This document shows, piece by piece, positions 11,549 to 25,072 of a DNA stretch of 64,000 nt; position 1 is the stretch's first letter, and each line of letters begins with the position of its first letter. Made by a program: the position numbers and the translations under genes. A model generated the notes under the pieces. That model saw only the letters and a program-made list of their open reading frames with translations. It did no database searches and was not told the DNA's origin. Origin of the DNA: Azolla caroliniana. Lineage: Eukaryota > Plantae > Polypodiophyta. The stretch is taken from contig JBHGNT010000011.1 in NCBI GenBank assembly GCA_043228905.1, forward strand, positions 1,302,001-1,366,000, written 5' to 3'.

Positions 11549-14500
11549 TGTGAAAGTGTTTTTAGAAGCTAAGCCATTGAACATTGGAAGAATATAAAGT
11601 ATGGATAATTCACATTTGGAGGCTAAGAACACGAACCAAGACCTTAGGAATAAGTCAAAAGTAAAAGTAAGACACCAAGAGAAAAGTAAAAAGAGAAAAA
11701 ACGGACCATAAAAAATAGTAAAAAAGGAATGGTCATAACTCCTTCGTTTTTCACCCAAATATTATGTTTAAATATGGGTTTGAAAGCTTGTAACAAGAGC
11801 TATCTATAGCGTTTTAAATCACTAAATTCGGAGCTTTAAGGAGAGAGATATGACGATTAGAAGGTCGTTGGGTCTTAGCTAAAAATAGGAGATAAAAAGC
11901 TTCTAAAAATAGCGTGAACGAGGAAGAAGAAGAAAATTATAAAAGAAGAAGTGATAGTAATAGAGAGGGGATCCTAAGAGTGGAGGAGTCCTAGGAAGAG
12001 TGGATGAGGATCCTAAGAGTGGAGGAGGAGTCTTAGGAAGAGGTGTCTTAGTAGAAGAGGAAGATCTTTGGTTTTAGTGGACTTTATCTCCTTTGTATTC
12101 TCTTGATAGTGGAATATGAGAACATTCTTATTTCTTGCTCATCTTCTCAATCTTTTTTCTTAATTTCTTGAGTCATTCTCTCTAATTCGTAGATACCTTG
12201 ATCTATATAATATATTATGATTCATAACTCCATCTAATCGGTTTGGTGAAGCCCCATATTGTGTATAACTATCCTTTGTCTTATACACGCTATCATTTTT
12301 GGCGCTCCAGGGAGGGCCGATCCTTTCCGTATAGGAGGGAGAACTTATCCTCTCTTTGTGTTACTATACTACATTAACTTAGCTATGCAGTTCGCGTTTT
12401 CGGGTGAAAGAACACAAGATGTTGGTGCCTTTTTAGCATCCTTTGAGCATCATGTTGTCTCTATTGGACGCATCACTGATAATGAGAAGTTACCTTTGTT
12501 GGTAGCAACATTCTATGGTCGAGCTCGAGATTGGTATGACTCTCTTCCACCAAATCAACAAGGAGCACATCAATTGTTGGTGCACCAGTTTCGTGCCAAA
12601 TATATTCAACAACGAAGTGCAACCGAAGTAAGGGAAGAGTTATTTCGACTAAAGATGGAATCACCACTTGGTTTCGTGGAGTATGAAAGAAATTTCAAGG
12701 ATTTGTGGACAACATGGATTCGTCTTCGTGGTGGCACTGAAGACGAGTGGTTTAAAATGGAATGATTCAAGATGGGTCTTGATATGTATTTCTGTTTGGA
12801 GGCAAACTTGAAGGATCCTACATCTTTTCAAGCTCTCATTCAAGTTTGTCAAGCTTATGATCGACAAGTGAAGATGATGAGTTCCATGGGGGACCCCCAA
12901 ATGACAGCTTTGGGTGCAAATTTGATGCCTCGTGCCAACTTTCAAGCCTCATCTTCAATTGTGCATGGTGGACAAGTGTTTCCAAATGTGTATACCACCA
13001 CAACAATAAATCCAACAAGTATATCTCAAGAAGTGGAACAAGTGAAGAGTGAACAAGATACAATGGCATTGGTGAATCGACGCTTTGATGAAGTCATGGC
13101 CCACTTGTGACAATCCCAAGCAATTCACAACATTATTCCTGATGGTGGTGGCTCTAGAGGGCATCAAGGTGTAATTTGTTATTCTTGTCAAGAGGAGGGA
13201 CACATCTCAACAAGATGTCCTCATCGACAACAAAGAGGCATGGGAAGAGGCATGTATCAAGTGCAAAGGAATGGACAATGACCTAACAACAATGAAGTCG
13301 AAGGAGGCGTAACACTTCCTATGGCTCAGGTTCCTATAATTCCTCATAATGTGAATCTTCTTAATTTTATTGATGATAATGATCATTCTTGTGAAGTAGC
13401 TCCTGTGAAAAGGACAAGGTCCTCGCAAAAGGAGAAAGAAGTTGAAGGAGAATCTAGTGCCTCAAGACAAAAGAAGAAGTCTAAGGAGAATGAGAAAGAG
13501 GAGAAATTGAGAAGGAGACATTCTAGAAGGAAGATCAAGATGGAGGACATTCCTATGGGTGAAGGTGTAGAGGCTTTCAGTTTGAAGCATGAGTTGATAT
13601 CAAGTGGACCAAGGATAAAATGGCCACAACTTCTCCAATTATCTCCCACATTACGAAAGGAGTGGGGGCGGCTTGCAAGTATTCGCCAAAGTCGGAAGAC
13701 CGTGCATTATGTGGGGATCGTGTGAGTAGAAGATCGAAAGGACATACGACCAACCATCCCCATCTCCATCAAAGGGTTTCACATCAAAGATGCCTTGGTT
13801 GATAGTGGTGCTAGAGTAAGCTTGATTTCTGAATTTGTGGTAAACAAAGTGGGAATTCCTATTAGTAGGTCATCTTCAGCAAGGGTGGCCGTAGCCGATG
13901 GTGGAGTGGTCCACTGCATTGGCATAGTGGAGGATGTGGTCATCAAGTGTTTTGGGGTAAGCATTTCGATGGATTTTCATATAATACCACTAAAAGGACC
14001 GTCATATTCTTTGGTACAAGGAAGACCATGGATGCAAGAACTCAATGTTGTCCAAGATTGGAGCAAAGGTTTGATGACCATAACGCCATCAAAAGGAGTG
14101 AGCTTACATTATGATATGCGGCAACAACGACTTATTGAGAAAGAAGAAGATGGAATAACTGAATATGATAGCGGGTCCGCATATGAAAGTGATGAAAGTG
14201 AAGATTCCTCATCAGAATGGGAAATGACAACATCATATGCCATTTTGAAGGAAGAAGATAATGAAGGAGGTTTAATTACTATGGAGCAGAAAGAGAAGAC
14301 GATTTCTAAAGATCTTAAAGGGCAAGAGAGGCAACAATTTATTAATTTGATTTCAGAATTTCCTAACCTTTTTATTAGTGATTATGCTCATATTAGGGGT
14401 GTAGATGTCATCCAACATCGCATAAATCTAAAGGAGGGTACAACTCCAGTTGCACAAAAGTTGTGAAGGCTAGGTCACGTGCAAAAGGAGGCTTTATTAA

Positions 14501-17500
14501 AGGAAGTGAAAGCTTTGTTGCGTGCACAATTCATTTACCCAGTGGAAGATTCTAAATGGGTTTCACCCATTGTGGTGGTGCCTAAAAAGAATGGAAAATG
14601 GAGGGTTTGTGTTTATTACAAACCTCTAAATGCGGCTACCAAGAGGGATCACTTTCCTCTCCCTTTCCAAGATGAAATATTAGATGAAATTGCAGGTCAT
14701 GAAATGTACTCTGTTTGTGATGGCTATTTAGGTTATTTTCAAATTCGTATTGCGGAAGAGGATCAAAAGAAGACGACATTCATCACTCCATGGCGATGCT
14801 TTGCATATCGATGCATGCCCTTTGGACTCACAAATGTTGTTTTTACGTTTAATCGTCTTGCTATTCATGTATTCCAACCATTCTTTGGAAAGTTTGTTAG
14901 AGTCTTTATGGATGACTTTGCAATTTATAGTAGCAGGAAAGACCATTTGGAAAAGGTCTGCTTGGCATTCAAGAGATTGGAGGAATGCAAAATGCAACTC
15001 AACCCAGAGAAGTGTCACATAGGTGAAAAGGAGGTGGTGATGCTTGGTCATGTGGTGTCTCAAGAAAGAATCAAAGTTGATAGCTCAAAGATTGAAGCAA
15101 TTCAAAAGATGACAACACCCACGAGTATCAAAGATTTGGAGGTCTTTGTTCAAAAAGTTCGTTACTTTGAACGGTTCATTCATATGTTGGCTCAAATTCT
15201 CTATCCTTTTCGCATTATTCTCCGCACCAACAACTTCTTGTGGACATCTACAACTGAAGAGCAATATGTAAGAGTAAAAGAACTATTATGTAATGCTCCT
15301 ATTCTAAAGCCACCTGATAGAACATCTACCTTCTTTCTTTCTCTTAGTGTTGGATCTCATGCTATAGGAGCCATTCTTATGCAACAAGATTTTGAAAATA
15401 GGCTTATGCATCCTATATATTTTTTTAGTAAAGCCATGTCTGATGTAGAGAAAGAATTCTTGGAAGTAGAAAAGTGGATGTTAGCTCTTATACATGCTTG
15501 TAATAAGTTTAGAAGCTTTCTACTACCTCATCATTTTGTAATAATCACTAGCATGTCATTACTCCCATATGTACTCCAACATGTGAGCATTTCAGCAAGA
15601 ATTGCTAAATGGGCTCTACTATTGGCGGAGTTTGATTTTGAAGTCAAATTGGAATCAACTATGCGTGCCGAATTGGCGGATCTTCTCACTTTTAGAGAAA
15701 ATTTTCATGAAGAAGACTTGGTAAAGCTACGAAATGCACTTCCCGAACTGGATATGGAGGATGCATTCACCTTATTCTTTGATGGGGCATTTCGCAAAGC
15801 CACAAATGTAGCCGTGGGTGGAATTATTATCAAGGATCCTTAAGGAGAAAGCATAAAAAGTGAAGGTATTACATTAAGCGGTGTGAATTCAAATAATGAA
15901 GCGGAGTATGCTACCTTGTGTTATGGTCTTCGTCTATGTAAAGCTATGAAGATAAAAAGACTAATTCTTAAGGGGGATTCCTTATTGGTAATTAAACAAA
16001 TTCAAGGCAATTGGAAATGTCAAAGTGATGGGCTTAGAAATTTTTATAAAGAAGCAATGAGTCTACTAAGGTCTTTTGAAAAGATACAGGTTAAGCATGT
16101 GGGGAGATTATACAATAAAGAAGCGGATGCATTAGCTCAAGCCCAATTAGAGAAGATCAAGGAAGGTTTCGTTGGTGTTTTGGAGACATGCAAAGATGTA
16201 GACTCCCTAGAGGATGTACATGATTTTCTTAATAAAAGAGAGTTTCCAAATAACCTCAACGCTTTGCAAAGAAAGTGTTTGGTGGCAAAGGCTTCACAAT
16301 ATCATTTGGTGGGTGAAGATTTGTACAACAAAGGGAAAGATGGAGTTTTACGAAGAGTTCCTAACAAAAGCGAGATTATAGAGATACTCTTTAAGTTGCA
16401 TGAAGAAGTTTGTGGTGGGCATTTAGCCCATGATATAATGATAAGAAAGATTTTATTAATTGGTTTTACATGGCCTACTATACATAGGGATGTGCATGAT
16501 TGGTGTAGATCTTGTGATGCATGTCAAAAAGCAGGAATAAGGCATCTACAAAGTGGTCCTCTACAACCCATTGTGGTGTTTGCTCCATTCGAGAAATGGG
16601 GAATTGATGCAGTAGGACCTCTTCCCAAAACTCAACATGGTAAAGAGTTTATTTTGGTGGCCATTGACTACATGACAAAGTGGGTTGAAGCTATAACAAC
16701 TTCCTCGATTAAAGCCAAAGATGTAGCCCAATTTGTGTATAAGAATATTTGTACTAGATTTGGAGTTCCCATGGAGATTGTATCCGATCATGGACCAGGT
16801 TTCAGGAGTGAAATGTTAGCGTGTCTATTAAGCAAGTTGAAGATTAAGCACCGATATTCAACGCCTTATTACCCTCAAGAAAATAGTGCAGTTGAGAAAG
16901 TGAATGGGCTTATAGTGAAGAATTTAACAAAGTTAGTGCAAGACAAAGCAAGAACTTGGGATAGGTATTTGGATGATACTCTATGGGCTTATCGAGTTTC
17001 TTATAAATCCTCCACAGGTTTTACTCCTTTTTATTTGGTTTATGGGAAAGAAGCATTACTTCCTATCGAACTTGAGATCAAAAGTAATAGATTAATGGAG
17101 GCATCACATCGCTCAAAAGGAAATGATGTGATGAGTCGTTTAGCTAGCAACCATCTACTACAATATTCAAGAGAAGAAGCCATGGAGCACTACTTAAATC
17201 AAGCAATGAAGAGAAAGGAGGCATATGACAAAAAACAAAAGGGTAACCACATTGAAGAAGGATCATTAGTTCTTAGGTATGATAATAGATATGATTATAT
17301 TCAAGGACAAAAGCTTGATAATAAGTGGGAAGGACCCTTTGTGGTTCACAAAAAGTATGCCAACGGAAGTTACCAATTGAAAGATGTGGATGGAACACTT
17401 CATTCTTATCGAGTCAACGGATGGTGCCTTAAAAAGTATGTAACTCAAGGACCTGCTTATATTCCCCAAGTTACTCATGATATTGTTGATACCGATGGAT

Positions 17501-18562
17501 GGGAGCAAGAAGTGGACTTGTTTCCCCATACATTATTTTCTTAGTAGTCCATATTGTAGACCCATCTTTTCTCTCTATTGACAAAGAGCATGATGGTAAT
17601 AGTGATTATCATTTTTATTTGTAGAGAATGTGAGGTTTTTCCTACCGATTAGCGGAGGTTTTACTCACATCTTTTTATTTTCTTTTTTATTGTATCTCTC
17701 TCATTGTCTATAGCCAAGAGATTGGCGAGAGAGCTTTCGTTTGTTAAGTACTACCATTAAGTGCTTCGCCATAAATGGCTTAGCCTCTAGCAAGGGGGAG
17801 GGCTAAATGTGAAAGTGTTTTTAGGAACATTAGAAGAATACAAAGTATGGATAATTCACATTTGGAGGCTAAGAACACGAACCAAGACCTTAGGAATAAG
17901 TCAAAAGTAAAAGTAAGACACCAAGAGAAAAGTAAAAAGAGAAAAAACGGACCATAAAAAATAGTAAAAAAGGAATGGTCATAACTCCTTCGTTTTTCAC
18001 CCAAATATTATGTTTAAATATGGGTTTGAAAGCTTGTAACAAGATCTATCTATAGCGTTTTAAATCACTAAATTCGGAGCTTTAAGGAGAGAGATATGAC
18101 GATTAGAAGGTTGTTGGGTCTTAGCTAAAAATAGGAGATAAAAAGCTTCTAAAAATAGCGTGAACGAGGAAGAAGAAGAAAATTATAAAAGAAGAAGTGA
18201 TATTAATAGAGAGGGGATCCTAAAAGTGGATGAGGAGTCCTAAGTGTGGAGGAGTCTTAAGAAGAGTGGATGAGGATCCTAAGAGTGGAGGAGGAGTCTT
18301 AGGAAGAGGTGTCTTAGTAGAAGAGGAAGATCTTTGGTTTTAGTGGACTTTATCTCCTTTGTATTCTCTTGATAGTGGAATATGAGAACATTCTTATTTC
18401 TTGCTCATCTTCTCAATCTTTTTTCTTAATTTCTTGAGTCATTCTCTCTAATTCGTAGATACCTTGATCTATATAATATATTATGATTCATAACTCTATC
18501 TAATCGGTTTGGTGAAGCCCCCATATTGTGTATAATTATCCCTTGTCTTATACACGCTATCA
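11549..18562 (+). mobile_element. Ty3/Gypsy element D, Tat-like (additional RNase H)
   Basis: LTRs 11549-12295 and 17808-18562 (TG...CA); TSD CCAAG; PBS TGGCGCTCCAGG at ~12300; PPT AAGGGGGAGGG at ~17792. Confidence 0.92.
12385..17544 (+). pseudogene. D gag-pol polyprotein (gag-PR-RT-RH-aRH-INT) broken by in-frame stops
   Basis: PR VDSGA (13795); RT FMDD; RH; second RNase H FTLFFDGA..NNEAEY..KGDSLLVI..NKEADALA; integrase HHCC, WGIDAVGP, VSDHG, WEGPF. Confidence 0.9.
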
Positions 18563-21500
18563 CCAAGGAATGATCGAACTTCTCGAATGTTCCGAAGAGT
18601 GGGCCAAAGCTTGATTTTCTCGATGCGAGAAGGATCAATTTCAACTCCTCGTTCGGTTATGAGATGTCCTAGATAAGTAATTGATTTCTTGAAGAACTCA
18701 CATTTTGAGATCTTCGCATAAAATTGTTTGTCACGCATTGTTTGTAAAACAAAGCGGACATGTCTAGCATGTTCTTGTAATGTACGGCTATAAACTAAAA
18801 TATCATCCAAGAAAATAACGACAAATTTTCCAAGTTGTTCTCGGAAAATGTCATTCATTTCTTGTTGAAATGTAGCCGGAGCATTGGTCAAACCAAAAGG
18901 CATAACCAAAAACTCATAATGGCCATAGCGCGTACGAAATGTTGTTTTAGGAAAATCGTCCTCACTTATACGAATTTGATGGTAGCCAGTACGGAGATCA
19001 AGTTTCGTAAAATACCGAGCTCCCTGGAGACGGTCAATTAGATCGTCAGTCTGGGGCAATGAATACGAATTCTTGATCGTCACTTTATTCAAGCATTGGT
19101 AATTAATACACATACACCATGTGCCCTCTTTCTTTTTAACCAAGAGAACTGGTGCACCCCATGGAGATTTACTATAATGTATATAACTCATTCATAAATA
19201 GTCCTTGAGTTGCTTAGATACCTCATCTTCTTCGGATCGACTTAAGCGATAAGGAGGTATACTTATTGGTGCAACACCAGGTACAATATCTATACGATGG
19301 TCTATATTACGTTTAGGAGGTAAGCGATCTAATAGTTCACTCGAAAAAACATCACGAAAATCATTTAAGATTTCATCAAGTTGTTGTTGTTCAAAATATG
19401 TTAATTGAACCGAGACATTATCGATATTGTAAACGTGAATGTCAGGATCAAGTACACAATAAAATAAAGTAGAACAAGACAACTTGGATATTGATGGACA
19501 CGAGGAAACAATCGAGAGGGATTTTTTTTTTACACATTGAATAAAATGAGTACTATCGTTCAGTACAAATGTAATTGAATGATGAACCCAATCAATAGAT
19601 AAAGAAGAGTTTTTATTATAAAACCAGGGATAACCCAGTATTACATCAGTGGTACAAAGATACATTACATAGAAGTCTATTTCCTCTATATAAGTGTCAA
19701 TAGAAATTCCTAATGAATTAATCGCCCCGTTGATGTATTGTACTCTTCCATCAGCCAAGTGCACCGTGTAGGTGTGATCACTTACGGTGGGATGGATTCC
19801 CCATACCTGAACCAAACGATCATTCACAAAATTGTGTGAGCTTCCCGAATCAAATAAAAATTGTACGGGAGATCCATTGATATACCCGTTTGCACGTAGT
19901 AAATCATTGGGACCCAATACATAGTGAGGGAAAGACATTGACAATTACTTAAATGATGTGTATAGACCTGAAGGACATTAGGAATCTAACCTTTATGGTC
20001 TGCAACTTTAGTTTTGTTGTCGTGCTCTTTCTGTTGGAGCTATCGACATTGATCTTTTGTATGACCCTTCTTTTTGCAAAATACGCAAAAAGGATGTTGT
20101 CGCTTACAATCGTGATCCATGAATTCGTTGGGTGTCTTACGTTTCCCAACGAATTGCGACTGCTTAGTCACGGGCGCTTCGTTAGGTTTATTGTGGTCCT
20201 TCTTCGAAGTGCATTGATAGCGAAGAACTATTTCGACGGCCTCTTCAAAGGATTTTGGATCCTTATCGTGCACTATCCAATGATAGTCCAAATTGGGGAT
20301 GCCATTGATAAAACAAGCTATTAACCAATTGTCCCCTTCTAGACCTGAGTTTTGGATTTGGGTTCTAGCATGGTGGACATAGTCTTCTAGCGAGGAAAAT
20401 TTCCGACTAGAGAGGTTCATTAAAGCTTGTGCTGCCTCGGTTCGAGAGGGAGGTTGCAGAAATTGGCCCTTGAAAACTGTGTCAAAATTTGTCCACGTCT
20501 CGAGCAATTTTCCCAACGTATGGAGCCCACGCCACCAGGCGGCGGCCTTACCCCCTAGTTCTCGGCCGACATATGCAATCTTCGTACTATCTAGCGTGGG
20601 ATAGAGCTCAAAATAAGACTCCCATTGGCCCAACCACATGTAGATTGCTTCTTCGATTCTTTCCTTTTTGTCTCCCGTAAATGGCTTAACGACAAACGAT
20701 GGTTCACCCTGTCGCTCATCAGGTCTATTAGTCTCACATTGTAGACTAATGACACGTGCCTCGAGAGCACTTTGAGATTGCCGAAGTTCAGTCATCTGTT
20801 GAGCGGTGAAACTAAGGTATTGGGTTATTTGCGAAAAATACATCTCAATGGACATTTGTCTAGGAGGATTCCCTTGAGTTCCTTCCGCTTGAGCGGATGA
20901 CATCGGGTCGTTATTTTGAGCCGTTAAATGATTATTTCTAGAAAAGAAATAGGATAAGGTAAGAGAGATAGTCATAACATCATGTCGTGATGTAAATATA
21001 TCATGGGCAAACATTAATCGATATCATGATCTCACGTCAATACCCCTCTAGACGTATGAGATGAGGTTCAAGATCAGGTTACTATGGTAACACAAAGGTG
21101 TTTTAAAAACCATGGGGGTGACAAATAAATGTCTTTCCCTTATCTCTATATCAATTTTTTCATGGTGGCTCCCTGAGGCTCAACCATGTATGTTCGTATC
21201 ATGAATAGTTTATACACGAAAAAAATGTTAACAATAAACTATGTTTCTGTGCTCACATATGTGGTTTCGGCTCTTTAAGTCCTATTACGAGGACCCCGAA
21301 GTGCAGTTAGACCTCAAGTCTAAACATGTGTTATAGTCGTATGTATCAACAGTGTTGTATGGTCTTGGTCATATTTGAACTCGAGACCTTGAGAACAAAT
21401 GCATTAAACACTTGAGCCAACCAAGTAGGTTGCTCTTCTTGAATGTTTAATGTTTCATGCGTATAAGAGATATGTGAGGCATTTGCCCATATATGTTTTT

Positions 21501-23108
21501 TTAAAAGAAACATATATGTCAAGAGTCCTTATTTTGCCCTCATTTACTACAACTATGTTGGTACATTACCTAACCTCAAGTCTCGTAATTACGATGGCAT
21601 ACGCCAAAGTACAACCTAATGGTCAAGCTAAATGAGCCCTCTTTTTGTAGTAGGTCCACGTGGCCCATCACATGGTCACGTCAATATGAATGGCTCTCGT
21701 AAGAATGAGCTCATGGTGGCATCGTATCCATGTAATGAGGGAGGGATATTGGAGACGTGTGTCATAAGAGCGACCTCACATGAAGTGGGTCAAACCCTAC
21801 GTACTCAACATCATTATGGCTATTGGCGTTTCTTTACGTAACGAAATATCGAAGTCACCAACGGGGATTTCAACAATAAAAATTGTTGAAAAAAAAAGGA
21901 TGGTGACAACACGATTCTCACAAAAATGTGAGGACGGCCACCAAGAACCTTTCCCTGAAAAGGAAAACATTCGATTTAAAATCATGTAATAACTTATATA
22001 CACATATATACGATCAACTACGTATACATGTGACCACATATGTCTATTTTAAAGAAATCATTATATTTAATAGCCAAAAATGACGTAATTGAGATACGTA
22101 ATCGAGGCATATACCTCTACACACACGAGACATCCAAAAATAATCAACGTAATACGCAATTGAGGTATTGACCTCTTACGCATACGAGACCAAACGCATA
22201 TCATTTACAACAAAATCGAGGTGTTGACCTCATACGCAAACGTAACATATGTTCGTGAACGTAATACGTAATTGAGGTATTAACCTCATACGAATATGAC
22301 ACTCATCACATATTATTTATATGTCAAACAAGGTATTGACCTCGTGCACATATGTAAACGTTTTAGATAACCAATTAAATACCACTACAACATCATTTAA
22401 TTAATGAAAATAATCTACATATTAACCATACACATGATTAGATGGGAGAAGAAAAAATAGACAAAAAATAACAAGAAAGGTTACCAAAGTTCCTTGTTGA
22501 TCCTTGTCTGCATGAAGGCCAACTGCACAACAATCGATCGCCATCCATCGAGACAATAAGACCAACAAAAGAAAGATTAGTACATAGACTCGGATACCAA
22601 ATATTAGAGACATGTACTAAATTTAGCATTAGATAAGGATAGATCTAGGTAGATAGAAAGAAAGGAGAGAGAGAAAGAAGGGTGTCGATCCACCCGACCA
22701 CCCCCGAGCGAAGGGATCGAGACGGACTCGAGCCTCAATCGGCGTCCCATACCACCGTCATGGCGTCGGGTCGTACCTGGTGCTGGCGCGCTCGCTACAA
22801 GAGTTGACCCACCACAAGCCAGAGTCTCGACGTAGTCAACAAGATCCTCAAATGAGGGTAGCTAGGCCTCTTATTTATAGCGATACCCAAGGCCCCCAGG
22901 CAAGTTCACACTTGGCCTAATGGGTTGTCTCAATCCCGAGGATTAAAAGTAATCCTCCCCTTCTTTACACTCTTGTTTAACCCTCACACTTATCCACGTG
23001 TATAGAATACTACGGTAAATTCTCACCACGGGATATTATATGGTCATGCTCGTAACAGCAGACAAATAGACAAACTCTAATCACGGTGAAGAACAAAAGA
23101 AGGAAAGA

Positions 23109-25072
23109 ATGGACAAAGGTATGGGTAGCTCGCTTCTGACGAAGAAGCTCGACAGAAGCAACTACGCATCTTGGTCGTACAAGATGCAACAATACCTGCT
23201 CGAGCATGGCTACTGGAGTTATGTCGATGGAGCTAATGACACAGCACCCAAATCGACGCACAAAGATTTCCCGGCCTAGGAACAAGCGGCAAGCAGAGTT
23301 CTCTACTGCTTCGCATCCTGTGTGAGCAATCAGCTTCTGAGCTACGTTCAGAATGAGAAGACGCTAAAGGATGCTTGGGGAAATCTGAAAACGATTTTCC
23401 CCGTTAGCACCATCGCTAGAAAGCTCCAACTTAGGCAAGAGTTGAGCAATGTTCGACAACGAGATATGTCAGTGGCTGATTACACCTCCAAGGCCAAGGA
23501 CATCTACGACACTCTCGCCTCCGTCAACGTAAACGTCAAGGAGGACGAAATGGTGCAGGTCTGCCTAGGAGGGTTAGGGTCGAAGTTCGGAGCTTTCCGA
23601 ACTGTTGTCTGTACAAGGGAGAGTACGTTGTCGTTTTTCGACTTACAGTCAATGCTCTTAGTAGAGGAGAACCACGCGGGTGTGTCAATGAGTACGCACA
23701 CCAACAACAAGATGCAGTACACAGAGGAAGATAGGCCCCGTGGTCGTGGCGGACGAGGCGAGTTGGCCCGCAATGGAGGCGGCTGACAGGAGCAGGATGG
23801 AAGGAATGGTCATAATGTCAACAGTAGTTCAAGACCCTCTAGAAGCAAGGGGAATTGAGGCGGCGTCGGAAACTTGAAAGGAAAGGTTGCCGCGGAATGC
23901 TAGTAATGTGGTAAGAAAGGCCACAGGGAGAGCGAGTGTTGGAAGAAACGCGACAATTCGGAGAAAACCGCAACTGGCTTCGGACGAACCGAACAAGGAA
24001 ATCGACAGCGATCGCACTACGTCGAGGGCTCCGAACGAGCCGAAAATGGATTTGGCCCAGCTTTTGTAATGAAGCACAAGGCCAATTCAATGGCGGTGAA
24101 CACCTCAAAAACAAACCAGGTGTGGTATGTTGATTCCGGAGCATCAAATCATATGACGATTCACGAGGAATGGTTCTCGTACTTGGAGAAACCGGAAAAA
24201 CTGGGAGTGGCTGAAACTGGAGACGATACTCCACATACCATCGAACATGTCGATGAAGTTCCCCTTAGCCACGTCATGCAAAAAGGGAAACTCATGAACG
24301 TGCTACACGTCTCGACAATAACGAAGAACCTAGTGTCAGTCAGACAAATCGTCAACGAGGGGATGCAAGTTCGGTTCACGCATCTCGGTTGCTACATCAA
24401 ACAGGAGGGCAAAGTCATTGTGCAAGGGCATCGGGAAGGGAGGATGTTCATCCTCAACACTAATGAAGTCGGAACTGTGTTATTCGCGAAAGTACAGAAG
24501 GTCGAGTCAGACATCGACCTATGGCACAAACAGTTTGGCCATGTTAACTTCCCATGGCTTCGTGAAATGCAGACAAAGAACATTGTTTTCGGATTGTCGG
24601 AGTTTAGTGGCCGGAACGGCCAAGTCTACGAAGCTTGCCATCTCGGGAAGCAACACTGACTTCCATTCCCCAACGAGCGTAATCGGAGTCGAAATCTACT
24701 CGATGTGATCCACTCAGATGTATGGGGACCAACACAGAACGTGAGAATCGGAGGAAGTTGTTACTTTGTAACCTTTATCGATGACTTCACTTGGCACACT
24801 TGGGCGTGCTTGATCGCGAAAAAGAGCAAAGTCTTCGTGTGTTTCCTGAAGGTGAAGAACCTTGAGGAAAGGGAAACTGGGCGAAAGATCAAGTGCCTAA
24901 GGTCCGATGGTGGGAAGGAGTACTTCTCCGACCAGTTCTCAAGTTATCTACAGAAGGGGGGAATTCTATGCGAATTCTCGTGTAGATACACGCTGCAGCA
25001 GAACAGTGTGGCCAAGAGGAAGAATCGGACGATAGAAGAGGTGGCAAGGGTGATGCTTGAAGAGAAGCATCT
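23109..25072 (+). pseudogene. Host Copia gag-protease-integrase (part 1)
   Basis: KLDRSNYASWSYKM gag start, WYVDSGASNHM protease, DLWHKQFGH, IHSDVWGP..FIDD..LRSDGGKEY. Confidence 0.9.

Larger units (their letters stand above)
5398..23057 (-). mobile_element. Ty3/Gypsy chromovirus-type element, copy A1 (degenerate)
   Basis: LTRs 22602-23057 (5') and 5398-5853 (3'); PBS TGGTATCCGAG 22589-22599; PPT 5854-5872; gag 20040-21014, protease LFDSGS 19192-19944, RT (FLDD) 18568-19191, RNase H 10900-11548, integrase 10310-10900 and 5806-6681; degraded TSD gccaa/gcaga. Confidence 0.92.
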
